This document shows, piece after piece, positions 9,833 through 19,796 of a stretch of 64,000 nt of DNA. The notes below the pieces were generated by a model. That model was not told where the DNA came from, made no database searches, and saw only the letters and a list, made by a program, of their open reading frames with translations. The stretch is taken from contig CAYXSN010000009.1 in assembly GCA_964467655.1 (NCBI GenBank), positions 85 to 64,084 on the forward strand, read 5' to 3'. The translations under genes and the position numbers were made by a program. The stretch is from an uncultured Candidatus Saccharimonadales bacterium. GTDB lineage: Bacteria > Patescibacteriota > Saccharimonadia > UBA4664. Position 1 is the stretch's first letter. Every line of letters begins with the position of its first letter.

Positions 9833-10244
9833 GCTTGCGGCCGGCAAAGTTCCAGCCAAACACCAGTATCGTGGCCACGCCCTTTGACGCCAGGTAGTAC
9901 CAGCCAAGCCCCCCGGTAAACAGCCATAGCAGCAAATCATTGAAGCCCAAACCAACCACGCCAATCACGGCGTAAAGGCCAAAATCATGCCAGCGGCTGG
10001 CAAATCTAGAAGTCTTAAAGATCCACAGGGTACTCAATACATAATTAACCACCAGCGCTGCTGCAAACGAGACTGTGGCCGCCTCCAGGTAATGCCAGCC
10101 AGCTACTTCCTTGAGGAGCACTAAGCCACCGACATCAACTACCAAACCAGCACCCGCCACAATGATGTAACGAAAAAGTTGGACCCACGTACTGTGGGCT
10201 TCGTGCCGAAACATGACCAGCCAGCTCGCTCGAATGAAATGCAT
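9774..10244 (-). CDS. GtrA-family flippase
   Basis: QLFRYIIVA...VD...NYVLSTLWIF...ASK...WNF; 4 TMs. Confidence 0.88.
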   Translation of the reverse strand: MHFIRASWLVMFRHEAHSTWVQLFRYIIVAGAGLVVDVGGLVLLKEVAGWHYLEAATVSFAAALVVNYVLSTLWIFKTSRFASRWHDFGLYAVIGVVGLGFNDLLLWLFTGGLGWYYLASKGVATILVFGWNFAGRKLMYRPASAAQPSAGPSARD

Positions 10245-10288
10245 AAGGTAGCCTCATTCTAGCATGGGCTGCTATGATGGTAGGTGTT

Positions 10289-11494
10289 ATGGCACGCCGC
10301 ATCCTATCTGAATTCCGGACCAAAACCCTGCTGACGGCTGCCCTTAGCCAAACCTATGAAGGCGTCCCAGTCGACGGAGAGTCTAAGTGGCAACCAGCGC
10401 TGGCAGCGGTCCTCAAACAGTCGAGTGCCAACAGTTTTGTCGTCAAAGTCGACCAAGGAGTGAAAGGCCGGTTCAAGCAAGGACTGGTCAGGCTCGACGT
10501 GGCACCCGCCAAAGTGGCTACTGCTGTCCAGCAATTGCTCAGCCAAAATTACCAGTTTATGTTGGTCGAACCCTACCTGCTTCATGACGCCTCAACCGAA
10601 AAATACTTGTGTCTGACAAGGGTCCGAGAGGGCATTAAACTGCTCACCCATACTCGCGGCGGCGTCGACCTCAACGCAGCCCAGGACCGTCCGGTCGAGA
10701 GGATCGCCAGCCCCGCTACCATCAAAGCAGCCGCTAAGGAAATCGGCCTCAAACCCGCCGCGCTGACGTCTCTCATCAAATGCTTCGACGACAACTACTT
10801 TGGCTTCCTCGAAATCAACCCGCTGGTCATCAGCCCAGGTGGCCAGCCCAAACTGCTGGACGCCGCCGCCGAGGTGGATGCTGAGGCTGCTTCCATTGTG
10901 GAGGGCCGCTGGGGTCAAGCCGACCTGCGCGAGGGAAACCGCCGCATCACACCCGAAGAAGCCGTCGTACTCGACCTGGCGCACCGCAGCCAGTCGTCAT
11001 TTAGGCTCGAAGTGATCAACCAGGATGGTCAGGTCTTCGTGCTGCTTTCCGGCGGCGGCGCCAGTGTCACGCTAGCCGACGAAGTCAATAACCAGGGTTT
11101 CGGCCGTCAACTCGGTAACTACGGCGAGTACTCGGGCAACCCAACTACCGACGAAACCTATGTGTATACCAATCAAATAATCTCGCTCCTACTCAAATCA
11201 AAAGCCCGCTCCAAAGTGCTCATAATCGCCGGTGGCGTGGCCAACTTTACTGATGTCAGAGCCACATTTGCAGGCGTCATCAAGGCCCTAGACGTCGCCG
11301 CCAGTCAACTCAAACAACAGGGGGTCCGCATATACGTCCGCCGGGGCGGCCCATACCAGGCTGAAGGCTTAGCCACCATGAAAGAATTCCTTAAGGCCAA
11401 GGGGCTACTGGGCGAAGTGGCCGGCCCTGAGATGCTACTGTCGGACATTGTTACCAAGGCGCTGGCGGCACTCAAAACGGGGGAACATTCATGA
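10289..11494 (+). CDS. aclB: ATP-citrate lyase small subunit (ATP-grasp plus citrate-binding domain)
   Basis: VVKVDQ..KGR.KQGLV, LEINPL, GGGASV, NYGEYSGNP, GGVANFTDV, RRGGP. Confidence 0.9.
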   Translation: MARRILSEFRTKTLLTAALSQTYEGVPVDGESKWQPALAAVLKQSSANSFVVKVDQGVKGRFKQGLVRLDVAPAKVATAVQQLLSQNYQFMLVEPYLLHDASTEKYLCLTRVREGIKLLTHTRGGVDLNAAQDRPVERIASPATIKAAAKEIGLKPAALTSLIKCFDDNYFGFLEINPLVISPGGQPKLLDAAAEVDAEAASIVEGRWGQADLREGNRRITPEEAVVLDLAHRSQSSFRLEVINQDGQVFVLLSGGGASVTLADEVNNQGFGRQLGNYGEYSGNPTTDETYVYTNQIISLLLKSKARSKVLIIAGGVANFTDVRATFAGVIKALDVAASQLKQQGVRIYVRRGGPYQAEGLATMKEFLKAKGLLGEVAGPEMLLSDIVTKALAALKTGEHS

Positions 11495-13299
11495 ACACAT
11501 CCGCCACCATTGATATCAAAAGCTTACGCCAAACCGAGCCGGTTATCGTAGCCATCGGCAATCACCAGGGCATCATCCAATCGATGCTCGATTATGACTA
11601 TCTGCTCGGTCGCACCAGCCCCACCATAAAGGCCATTGTGGCCGGCGGCCGGCGAACCGCCCGGTTTTTCTTTGGGCACCAGGAGGTTGTGCTACCTTTG
11701 TACCCAATCATGACAGCGCTACCCAAGGCGCTGCGCCAGCGAGCAAACTTAGTGCTCAACGTAGGCTCAGGCCGGCGGGTGATTGAGTCAACCTCGGCGG
11801 CCATCGCCGCCTTGCCCCAGCTCTCGGGTGTGACGGTTTTTGGCGAGGGAGTGCCTGAGCGTCATGCGCTCAAGCTCACCGAACTGGCGGCCAAAAAGGG
11901 GATATGGGTGCTGGGCGCGGCTAGTGTTGGCTTGGTTATACCCGGTACCTTCAAGTTGGGCGCCATCGGTGGCACCCAGGCGAGTCAACTGGTGGCTTCG
12001 CGCCTGGTTGAAGCCGGGCCGGTGGCCGTGTTGTCAACATCTGGTGGCATGATCAACGAACTCATCAGGCTGGTAGCCACCACCGGGCATACGGTGTCGT
12101 GGGCCGCGGCCATCGGCGGCGAAAGGTTCCCCATGCTGCCGCCCAAAACGGCCCTCCTTGCCGCCCAGGCCGACCCTGCCACTCAGGCAATCGTCTTCTT
12201 CGGCGAACTCGGTGGCCGCGACGAATATGATTTGGCCGAACTTATCACCAGCGGTCAGCTCACCAAACCAGTCGTAGCTTACATTGCCGGCTCGGTCGCC
12301 GAGCTGTTTGACGCGCCGCCCCAATTCGGCCACGCCAAAGCCATTGCCAAAACCCATGATGAATCAGCCAAAGCCAAAGCTGCCGCACTCATGGCAGCTG
12401 GGGTCAAGGTAGGGGAAACCTATGCCAAGTTTGCGGAGTTTGTCCAAAAACTACCAAACATAACCGAACAGCCAAAAAGTCAAATCAAGGACACAGCGCT
12501 GGCCGGCCGCCACCCCGCGCTCATTGCATCCACGGTCTCCCGTGACCGGGCGGGGCAAGTGGACATCCTGGGCACTCCCCAGCTTGACCTGGCCACAAGC
12601 CGCTCATTTGCGGCCATTGTGGCCGCCATGCTCTTGGGTCGGCCATCTGTATCACCGCAGCTTGAGGCCTTTGTCGACCTCACCCTCAAACTGCTCGTTG
12701 ACAACGGTCCGTATGTCTCGGGCGCCGTCAACACCATTACGGCCGCCCGGGCCGGCAAAGACCTCGTGTCTGCCCTGGCCGCCGGCCTCCTCACCATTGG
12801 TCCCCGTTTCGGTGGTGCCATCAACCAGGCGGCGGCCACCTGGCTCGCCGGCGTGGTCGAAAACACCACACCCGCCCAACTTGTGGAAAAGTCAGCCGCT
12901 GCCAAGCGCAAACTGGCCGGCATCGGCCACCGTAAATACCGCATCGATATGCCCGACCCGCGCGTAGAACCCATTATCAGCCATGCGCTTGCCTTGCCGT
13001 CCCATCCATACACCGACTACGCCCTGGCCGTGCAAGATCTCACCTCAGGCAAAAAAGGCAACCTCATCCTCAACGTCGACGGCGCCATGGCGGCCGTACT
13101 GCTCGACCTCCTATCCACGGCCGAAAATTATTCTGCCCAAGACCTCAAAGACCTCGTGGACACCGAGTTCTTTAATTCCCTCTTCGTGCTCTCCCGCTCC
13201 GTCGGCTTCATGGCTCACTATTTCGACCAGCGCCGCTTAGACGAAGGCCTCTTGCGCCTCTCCCCTGCCGACGTCGCCGAGCTCGATTTGCTAGGCTAG
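11491..13299 (+). CDS. aclA: ATP-citrate lyase large subunit (CoA-binding, phospho-His and citryl-CoA lyase domains)
   Basis: EGVPE, SGGM.NEL, QFGHA phospho-His, GPRFGGA, GIGHR, LNVDG; ATGA overlap with aclB. Confidence 0.9.
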   Translation: MNTSATIDIKSLRQTEPVIVAIGNHQGIIQSMLDYDYLLGRTSPTIKAIVAGGRRTARFFFGHQEVVLPLYPIMTALPKALRQRANLVLNVGSGRRVIESTSAAIAALPQLSGVTVFGEGVPERHALKLTELAAKKGIWVLGAASVGLVIPGTFKLGAIGGTQASQLVASRLVEAGPVAVLSTSGGMINELIRLVATTGHTVSWAAAIGGERFPMLPPKTALLAAQADPATQAIVFFGELGGRDEYDLAELITSGQLTKPVVAYIAGSVAELFDAPPQFGHAKAIAKTHDESAKAKAAALMAAGVKVGETYAKFAEFVQKLPNITEQPKSQIKDTALAGRHPALIASTVSRDRAGQVDILGTPQLDLATSRSFAAIVAAMLLGRPSVSPQLEAFVDLTLKLLVDNGPYVSGAVNTITAARAGKDLVSALAAGLLTIGPRFGGAINQAAATWLAGVVENTTPAQLVEKSAAAKRKLAGIGHRKYRIDMPDPRVEPIISHALALPSHPYTDYALAVQDLTSGKKGNLILNVDGAMAAVLLDLLSTAENYSAQDLKDLVDTEFFNSLFVLSRSVGFMAHYFDQRRLDEGLLRLSPADVAELDLLG

Positions 13300-13520
13300 T
13301 GGTTACCAAGGGGCTAGATGGCCTCATCGACGGTCTGGCTATGACTGATAAAACCGGTAATGGCGCTCGCTGGCCTGGCCCTGATGGGCTCTGGGCTTTG
13401 GCGAATCCTCCGCAGCCCGATTACGTGGCTCGTGGGCCTGCTCTGGCCACCGTGCCTGCCCGGTTTCATGTAAAAACAGTTATAATAAGGTTGCGCTACA
13501 AAATAGGATAATTCTCAATC

Positions 13521-14720
13521 ATGACCCGAATTAGCCCGGTGGAAATCCGGCGACCATATCTTGTTATTCCCAAACTCATCAAACAACCGACCTGGGGTGG
13601 CCAATATATCGTCGCCGCCAAGGGCTGGCAGGAACACGGTGACTTGGGCCAGCTAAAAATCGGCCAGTCGTATGAGTTATTTTCGGGTAGCAATGTATCG
13701 CTTCTCGAGGACAGTGACGACAAATTATTCACGGGCGAACTCACCGACAACACAGCTGTTGCCTTGCCGACATCTGCTCCCCACTCCAGACCTTTAGCTG
13801 GGCTCATCGAGGCCGACGCCGCAGCAGTACTTGGCAGTAAGCGAAGCCAAGAGCACGCCGGCAAACTTGATTTACTGCTCAAATTTACCCAAGCCCTCGG
13901 CAATTCATTCCAAGCCCACATCAAAGCCGACCTTAAGCACCCGAAATGGCTGCCAAAACCAGAGTCCTGGTATTATTTTGAGCCTGGATTGATCACGCTA
14001 GGAGTCAAACCGGGCATCGATTGGCAGGCTTATGAGGCCTGCGTCCGCAACATCGCAGCCCGCATGACTGAGCTAGGCACTCAAGTGAAAGGCGGCACAC
14101 TATCATATGAAGCAGCCCAGGACCAGATTTCCCAGCTGCTCAAAAACCAGGATCCTTGGCAGTACGTCAATCTGGTACCAACCCAATCTGATGACTTGGT
14201 TGATTTGTCATCAGGCGCCCTGCATCACTCATGGGAGGAAGATCCTATCCAGGCACCAATGGGTAATGTACTGTACGAGCTGCAATCCGAGGCTCTTGAT
14301 GCCGTTTCAACCTTCCGCAATTTTGATAAAGGCAAGATGTCTACAGACGGCTCCATCAGGCCGATTCAAATAGACGAGTACTACCAATTCATTAACCGTA
14401 CGCCTGAGCTCAATGACCCCAAATCGCATTTTCAATCTCCGCGCACCCTTACTCACAACAATGAGTTTAGGTTCGACAGGCTGCTATCGACTCGCTTTTA
14501 TAGTCTCGATAAACTGACGCTCACTCAACAAGGAGCTGCGTTCCGTGACGATATTAACAGCTTCAGGCACATCTTCGTCAAATCCGGCCGCGCTCATGTC
14601 ACTGCCGGCGGCTGCTCGGTGGCGGTATCGGCTGGCCATTCAGCCTTTGTGCCGGCCGCCAGCGGAGTGTATGAGGTGTCGGCATTAGCTGCCAGCACCC
14701 AAGTCCTGATCAGCTACTGA
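13521..14720 (+). CDS. type I phosphomannose isomerase-like cupin
   Basis: PTWGG, LLLKF..A..NSFQAH, KPESWY; adjacent to manC. Confidence 0.7.
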   Translation: MTRISPVEIRRPYLVIPKLIKQPTWGGQYIVAAKGWQEHGDLGQLKIGQSYELFSGSNVSLLEDSDDKLFTGELTDNTAVALPTSAPHSRPLAGLIEADAAAVLGSKRSQEHAGKLDLLLKFTQALGNSFQAHIKADLKHPKWLPKPESWYYFEPGLITLGVKPGIDWQAYEACVRNIAARMTELGTQVKGGTLSYEAAQDQISQLLKNQDPWQYVNLVPTQSDDLVDLSSGALHHSWEEDPIQAPMGNVLYELQSEALDAVSTFRNFDKGKMSTDGSIRPIQIDEYYQFINRTPELNDPKSHFQSPRTLTHNNEFRFDRLLSTRFYSLDKLTLTQQGAAFRDDINSFRHIFVKSGRAHVTAGGCSVAVSAGHSAFVPAASGVYEVSALAASTQVLISY

Positions 14721-14742
14721 AAAATAAGGTATAATTGCTCCC

Positions 14743-15780
14743 ATGATTATCGTGATTATCGCCGGTGGGTCGGGTACACGCCTGTGGCCACTTTCTGTCG
14801 GCAACTACCCCAAGCATCTTCTCAAGCTCACAGGCGAGCGTTCCGGAGCCCAGGTGGCTTTTGACAGGGCCAAAATGCTTTCAGACAAGATATACGTGGT
14901 TACCGAGAAGTCCCACGCTCACCACATGAAAGAACAACTGCCCGAGATTCCCGACGAACGCTTCATCATCGAGCCCGGCCGCCGCGGTACCGCCAGCTGT
15001 TTTGTGACAGCGCTGGAGCACATCTCCCGCGACCAGGACACCTCAGAACCGGTTGCCTTCACCTGGGCTGACCATTTCATCCGTGACGTCGAGGGGTTTG
15101 CCCGGGCTTTCCAAGTTGCTGGTGAGCAATCCCAAAAACACAGCCGCCTCACCCTCGTCGGCGTCGAACCCACTCACCCCTCGACCCTCTTTGGCTACAT
15201 CGAAAAAGGCGATATCGTCGATGAAGAAGCCTTCACCTTTGCCGTCCAGCAATTCAAAGAAAAGCCCGAAGCCCCACTCGCCAAGCAGTTTTATGAATCA
15301 GGCAAATACCTCTGGAACAGTGGCTATATGGTGGGCTCAGTCGATGTCTTCCTGGACGCCATGACCAAGCATTCGCCCGAGCGACTGGCCGACTTCAGGC
15401 GCCTGGCCGAGCTCAAAGACGACCAGGAGGCCTACGATGCCGCCTATCTGGAATGCCAAAACGACGCCATCGACTACGCCCTCAGTGAAAAGATGAACAA
15501 CCTCATGGTCATTCCGGCCACCTTCGATTGGCGCGATATCGGTTCGTTTAGTGACCTCTATGAAGTGGGGCCCACCGACGATGCCGGTAATGTGGTATCC
15601 GGTGACAACCTGCATCTCATCGAAACCGAGAATTCATTTGTGCGCAACGACGAAGCCAAGCCCGTCGCCGTTATCGGCCTCGATAACGTAGTGGTAGTAA
15701 ATACCGAGCACGGCATTCTGGTAGCCCGCAAAGACATCAGTCAAAAAGTCAAAGACGTCGTCAAAAAACTATCAGACTAA
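14743..15780 (+). CDS. manC: mannose-1-phosphate guanylyltransferase
   Basis: AGGSGTRLWPLS..YPKHLL, EP.RRGTA, FKEKP, WNSG, WRDIGSF. Confidence 0.93.
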   Translation: MIIVIIAGGSGTRLWPLSVGNYPKHLLKLTGERSGAQVAFDRAKMLSDKIYVVTEKSHAHHMKEQLPEIPDERFIIEPGRRGTASCFVTALEHISRDQDTSEPVAFTWADHFIRDVEGFARAFQVAGEQSQKHSRLTLVGVEPTHPSTLFGYIEKGDIVDEEAFTFAVQQFKEKPEAPLAKQFYESGKYLWNSGYMVGSVDVFLDAMTKHSPERLADFRRLAELKDDQEAYDAAYLECQNDAIDYALSEKMNNLMVIPATFDWRDIGSFSDLYEVGPTDDAGNVVSGDNLHLIETENSFVRNDEAKPVAVIGLDNVVVVNTEHGILVARKDISQKVKDVVKKLSD

Positions 15781-15905
15781 CAGTAAACCGCATCTGGTTG
15801 TCAGATATCTCAAAGATGAGCTAAGCTGAGAGGCATCTTACATTCAGTAAGATTGCGATAGCTCGGCATACAGAGCTAGTTCTTCAGACAGTTGGAGTTG
15901 ATGGT

Positions 15906-16775
15906 ATGGTGCCGCACTGGATGGTTCTGACGGCCATCATGTTTGTGTCGTCGGTGATACTCTATATCAGCATTCAGAAAGCCACAAAGCAGGGACTGTC
16001 ACTGGCCCTCAAGAACCTCACGATCTTTGCATCGCCATTGGTGGCCTTCTTGGTCGTCGCAGTTGTCGCAGACGTTTCGCTACGGGTGACCTGGAGTCAG
16101 CTGTGTCTGCTCGTTCCAACTGGCGTGATCGTCTACGCCAACAACCTGGCCACACTCAAGAGTCTGGAGCGGACTCCCAACCCTGGGTATAGCCTGTCGA
16201 TCGCCAAAAGCTTCGTCGTCATCACGACCATCGCTGCGGTGCCACTGTTTGGCGCCCAACTCACTGCAGGGGCAATCATCAGCATCTTGTTGATCATCGG
16301 CTTTATGATGATGGTTAGCATCGACCCGTCAGCCACCAAACACCAGAACACAGGCAGGTCTTGGGCGGTGTTCGCACTCATCGCCATGGTTCTAACGGCC
16401 GGCATTACCCTCATGGCCAAACATCTCTCGAGCCAAGGGGTGCCCACGATCGCTATCCTGGTGTACTACTTTGGCGTAGGAAGTGTGTGTACGGCCATCG
16501 AACTGGCATACAAGCATATCCGCCTCGGCCACCTCAGGCCGCATCTCAAGTACCTGGTGCTGATCGGTGCCGCCAACGTATCGTTCAACTACTTCAACTA
16601 CGCGGCACTCGTGGCTGCTCCAAACGTCGGTTATGTCAATGCCACCAACACGGCTTCTATTGGCGCCATCACCTTGGCTTCAGCTTGGTTGCTTGGCGAC
16701 AAACTGACGGCCCGCAAATCGGTAGGTGTCGCTGGTGTCATCGGTAGTCTCTGGCTGTTGCTGGTGGCAACGTGA
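15906..16775 (+). CDS. EamA/DMT family transporter
   Basis: Two repeats of 5 TMs; LLGDKLTARKSVG. Confidence 0.85.
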   Translation: MVPHWMVLTAIMFVSSVILYISIQKATKQGLSLALKNLTIFASPLVAFLVVAVVADVSLRVTWSQLCLLVPTGVIVYANNLATLKSLERTPNPGYSLSIAKSFVVITTIAAVPLFGAQLTAGAIISILLIIGFMMMVSIDPSATKHQNTGRSWAVFALIAMVLTAGITLMAKHLSSQGVPTIAILVYYFGVGSVCTAIELAYKHIRLGHLRPHLKYLVLIGAANVSFNYFNYAALVAAPNVGYVNATNTASIGAITLASAWLLGDKLTARKSVGVAGVIGSLWLLLVAT

Positions 16776-16812
16776 TCAAGCCGAATCTCATCTGGATGTA
16801 AAGGTGTAGGCA

Positions 16813-17784
16813 ATGGAATATCACGTTTTAATCCCAAGGTCACGATACTACTGCCCGACATCATTGCACCACAGGCATGGTTCAGCTGCTGTCGGTCATC
16901 GCCAGGATGACGTCGTTGTGGCTACAGCTGGAGGGGTAACAACCTACGCTGTGGTCGACGCCGCGCGCATCTTGTACGGCCCCGGCGAATACTGCCAGCA
17001 TCCGCAAACTGCTCAAGCCCGTGGCTTGCCCGTGGATTCTTGGTTTGACGGCAGCGCCATCGCCGCCCATGTGACCACAACAGTCATCGCCAATGATCCA
17101 ACACTAGCTGGACTCGACTTGATCAAGGCGACCGGCATAGCCCTGGCTGATGCCGGTCGCAGTTTGGGCATCAGGCCCGACGAAAGCCGACGCAGCAGCC
17201 TGCTCAGCACCTGCCTAGCAGCTATTCGGGTAGATGAGCAAACTCTCACCTACACAGCTGTTGGTGACTCCCGCGTGGCGCTTGATGGCCAAATCATTGG
17301 CTATAAGTTCCCTCTGGAGGCAGCCTATGCCTACCTGTTCAATGAACTCAGTAGGCTCATGTCATGCGAGCGGCAGGATGTCTATGAACTCCTCATGCCC
17401 ATTCTCAGGCAGCTAGGTCGTGACAAATTCCAAAATTTACCCCCAGGTCCTTCGAGGACTTCCTGGGAGCAAATTTTGGAGGTCATCACCGCCATAGTGC
17501 CTGCCACCACCGGGCTCTCAAAACTGCACACCGAGAGGATCGTTGACCACCTCCGCCGGCAATACACAACTGACATGGCCTACGGAGTCATTGATGCCCT
17601 GGCAGATACTCCATCGGAGCTCGTACTGACCGCTACCATCAAACGTCTTCCTCCTGGCAGTCGGGTGGTCATCTATACTGATGGTTTCAGGCCCACAAAT
17701 GGGGAAGTACCCGAGAGTCTCACTGATCTCGAGCTCGTCAACCCACGCTACTGCGAGGCCACAGCCATAGCCGTTACGCTGTAA
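16813..17784 (+). CDS. divergent PP2C/PPM-like phosphatase
   Basis: QDD...AVVDA, YTAVGDSRV, VIYTDGF, EATAIAV match PPM motif order. Confidence 0.55.
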   Translation: MEYHVLIPRSRYYCPTSLHHRHGSAAVGHRQDDVVVATAGGVTTYAVVDAARILYGPGEYCQHPQTAQARGLPVDSWFDGSAIAAHVTTTVIANDPTLAGLDLIKATGIALADAGRSLGIRPDESRRSSLLSTCLAAIRVDEQTLTYTAVGDSRVALDGQIIGYKFPLEAAYAYLFNELSRLMSCERQDVYELLMPILRQLGRDKFQNLPPGPSRTSWEQILEVITAIVPATTGLSKLHTERIVDHLRRQYTTDMAYGVIDALADTPSELVLTATIKRLPPGSRVVIYTDGFRPTNGEVPESLTDLELVNPRYCEATAIAVTL

Positions 17785-17792
17785 ATCGCCCG

Positions 17793-17836
17793 CCGGCCCG
17801 CTCTGTCCTCAAGTTTTTGGGATACGAGCGGGCCGG
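17793..17836. terminator. GC-rich hairpin after the EamA/PP2C-like pair
   Basis: ccggcccgctc ... gagcgggccgg inverted repeat. Confidence 0.5.
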
Positions 17837-17888
17837 TTCGCCATTTGTTTGGCCGTACCACTCAAGTTTGTGGCATAATAGACTAACT

Positions 17889-19724
17889 ATGGCTAAGCGC
17901 AAAACCCTCGACATCGCGGCTCCTGCCTCTCGGCCCGAACCGCCCGAGGCGCCACCGGCTCCGCTCGCTGAGGTAGCGTTTGAATTAGACACCGCCAGTC
18001 CGTGGTGGCGCCGTTGGTGGGTACCGGTTCTAGGTATTGTCGCACTCATAGCAATAGTATACCCGGCCAGCTTCATACTAACCCATGGCTCCACAATCTA
18101 CCCCGGGGTAGTAGCCGACGGTTTAAGCCTGGGCGGCCTCAGTCAGGCGCAGGCCGAAACTCGTCTGGCCGAGCACGTACAAGCCTACCGGAGTCAGGCT
18201 CTGACCGTTACCCAAGACAACACGCTTTTGCGCATCCCGGTCATTAACCTTGATCCTCAGTACGACGCCGCCGCTGCTGCTAAACTAGCCTACCAATATG
18301 GCCGTAACGGCAACCTTAGCCAAAGGGCCTACGCGCTCGCTCGTCTGATGGCTTTGCGCCAAACGAACATTACCACGCTCAAGACCAACGACAAACAGCT
18401 AGCCCCTTACCTGGTTTCATTATTTGACGACGTTGCTACGCCTGTCCAAAATGCCAGCCTGATGTTCCAGGACAACCAGGCCCAGACCAAAGCCGCCCAA
18501 GCCGGACGGCGGCTTGATATTGGCCAACTGTCGCTCATTATCAGAGATCGCCTAGCCACCACCTCGCTCGACCAGGTCTCGGCCCCGGTTTACACACTGG
18601 CGCCCGTACTGACCACAGCAGCCCTCACTGCCGCTATCGGCTCGATCAACCAATACATTGCCACGCCGATCATGCTTGAATACAACAACCAGACCAAGAC
18701 CATCGACCAATCAACCATCATCTCGTGGGTCAACACAGCTACGGCGCCCCAGGCCTCATTTTGGTTTTCCCGCCGCCTCGAAGACCTCTATCCGGTGGCC
18801 TCGTCAGCTAACATCGGTCTAAGCTCGGCGGCCATCCAACGTTATGTGCAAGGATTGGCTGAATCTCTCAACCAATCGGCCCGTAACGCTGCCTTAAGCA
18901 TGCAGGACGGCCAACTGGTGATCACTCAAGCTTCCCGAGCTGGCATCAAACTCGATCAAGCTCAAGCTCAGGCTGATATCACCAAAGTACTTCAGGCCAC
19001 CGGCGACCGGCGGGTAGCTCTCAAGCTCGAGACACTGCCGGCCGATGTGAATGAGACCAACCTTGAGGACCTTGGTATTAAAGAATTAATCTCGACAGGC
19101 GACACTTACTTTCCCGGCTCACCCAGCACTAGATTGACCAATGTCAGGGCCGGCGCCAAAAGATTCAATGGTGTCGTGCTCAAACCCGGTGAGACCTTCT
19201 CGTTCGGGGCATTGCTCGGCGATGTCGGCCCGGCCACCGGCTACGTACCCGAGTTGGTGATTATCGGTAACAAAGAAGTCAAGCAATATGGTGGTGGGTT
19301 ATGCCAGGTTTCCTCTACGGCGTTTAGGGCAGCTTTGGCAGCTGGTCTGCCGATTACGGAGCGGGTGAACCACTCATTCGCCATCAGTTACTATACCTGG
19401 CCGTATGCTGCTCCTGGAGTTGATGCCACTATTTATTATCCCGACGTTGACTTCAAATTTGTAAATGATACCGGCCACTATATTTTGATGCAGACGATTA
19501 TGAACGGATATAGTTTGAAGTTTGAATTTTATGGGACCAAGACCAAATCAGGAGTCGTTCGGGGCCCCCAGTTTATCACAGGCTCGAGTGATGCTACCAA
19601 ACCTTCCCGGACGGTGTTTTACCGGGATGTTTTAGACCTTGATGGCAAAGTGATCAAGACCGATCCCTTCTATACCAATTACAAGTCAAGCCTCGATTTT
19701 AAGATAGTTAATGAGTTGAACTAA
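17889..19724 (+). CDS. VanW-family protein with PG_binding_4 repeats
   Basis: N-terminal TM; PGETFSF, GGGLCQVSST.FRAAL, ER.NHS, GVDATIY, DFKFVNDT. Confidence 0.9.
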   Translation: MAKRKTLDIAAPASRPEPPEAPPAPLAEVAFELDTASPWWRRWWVPVLGIVALIAIVYPASFILTHGSTIYPGVVADGLSLGGLSQAQAETRLAEHVQAYRSQALTVTQDNTLLRIPVINLDPQYDAAAAAKLAYQYGRNGNLSQRAYALARLMALRQTNITTLKTNDKQLAPYLVSLFDDVATPVQNASLMFQDNQAQTKAAQAGRRLDIGQLSLIIRDRLATTSLDQVSAPVYTLAPVLTTAALTAAIGSINQYIATPIMLEYNNQTKTIDQSTIISWVNTATAPQASFWFSRRLEDLYPVASSANIGLSSAAIQRYVQGLAESLNQSARNAALSMQDGQLVITQASRAGIKLDQAQAQADITKVLQATGDRRVALKLETLPADVNETNLEDLGIKELISTGDTYFPGSPSTRLTNVRAGAKRFNGVVLKPGETFSFGALLGDVGPATGYVPELVIIGNKEVKQYGGGLCQVSSTAFRAALAAGLPITERVNHSFAISYYTWPYAAPGVDATIYYPDVDFKFVNDTGHYILMQTIMNGYSLKFEFYGTKTKSGVVRGPQFITGSSDATKPSRTVFYRDVLDLDGKVIKTDPFYTNYKSSLDFKIVNELN

Positions 19725-19740
19725 GCTCGCCAAAATCCTC

Positions 19741-19769
19741 TTGACACTACGGGCTTTGTTCGCCATACT
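19741..19769 (+). promoter_or_regulatory. sigma70-type promoter of lexA with a possible LexA site in the spacer
   Basis: TTGACA-17 nt-CATACT; spacer contains CGGGC-TTT-GTTCG; AAGGAGG upstream of ATG. Confidence 0.6.
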
Positions 19770-19796
19770 AAAACCATACACAACCAAGGAGGGAAT

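Noticed and set aside
10289-13299. Succinyl-CoA synthetase, or evidence of carbon fixation
   Set aside because: The citryl-CoA lyase domain and GGGAS/NYGEYSG motifs indicate ACL; no other rTCA genes are in the window.
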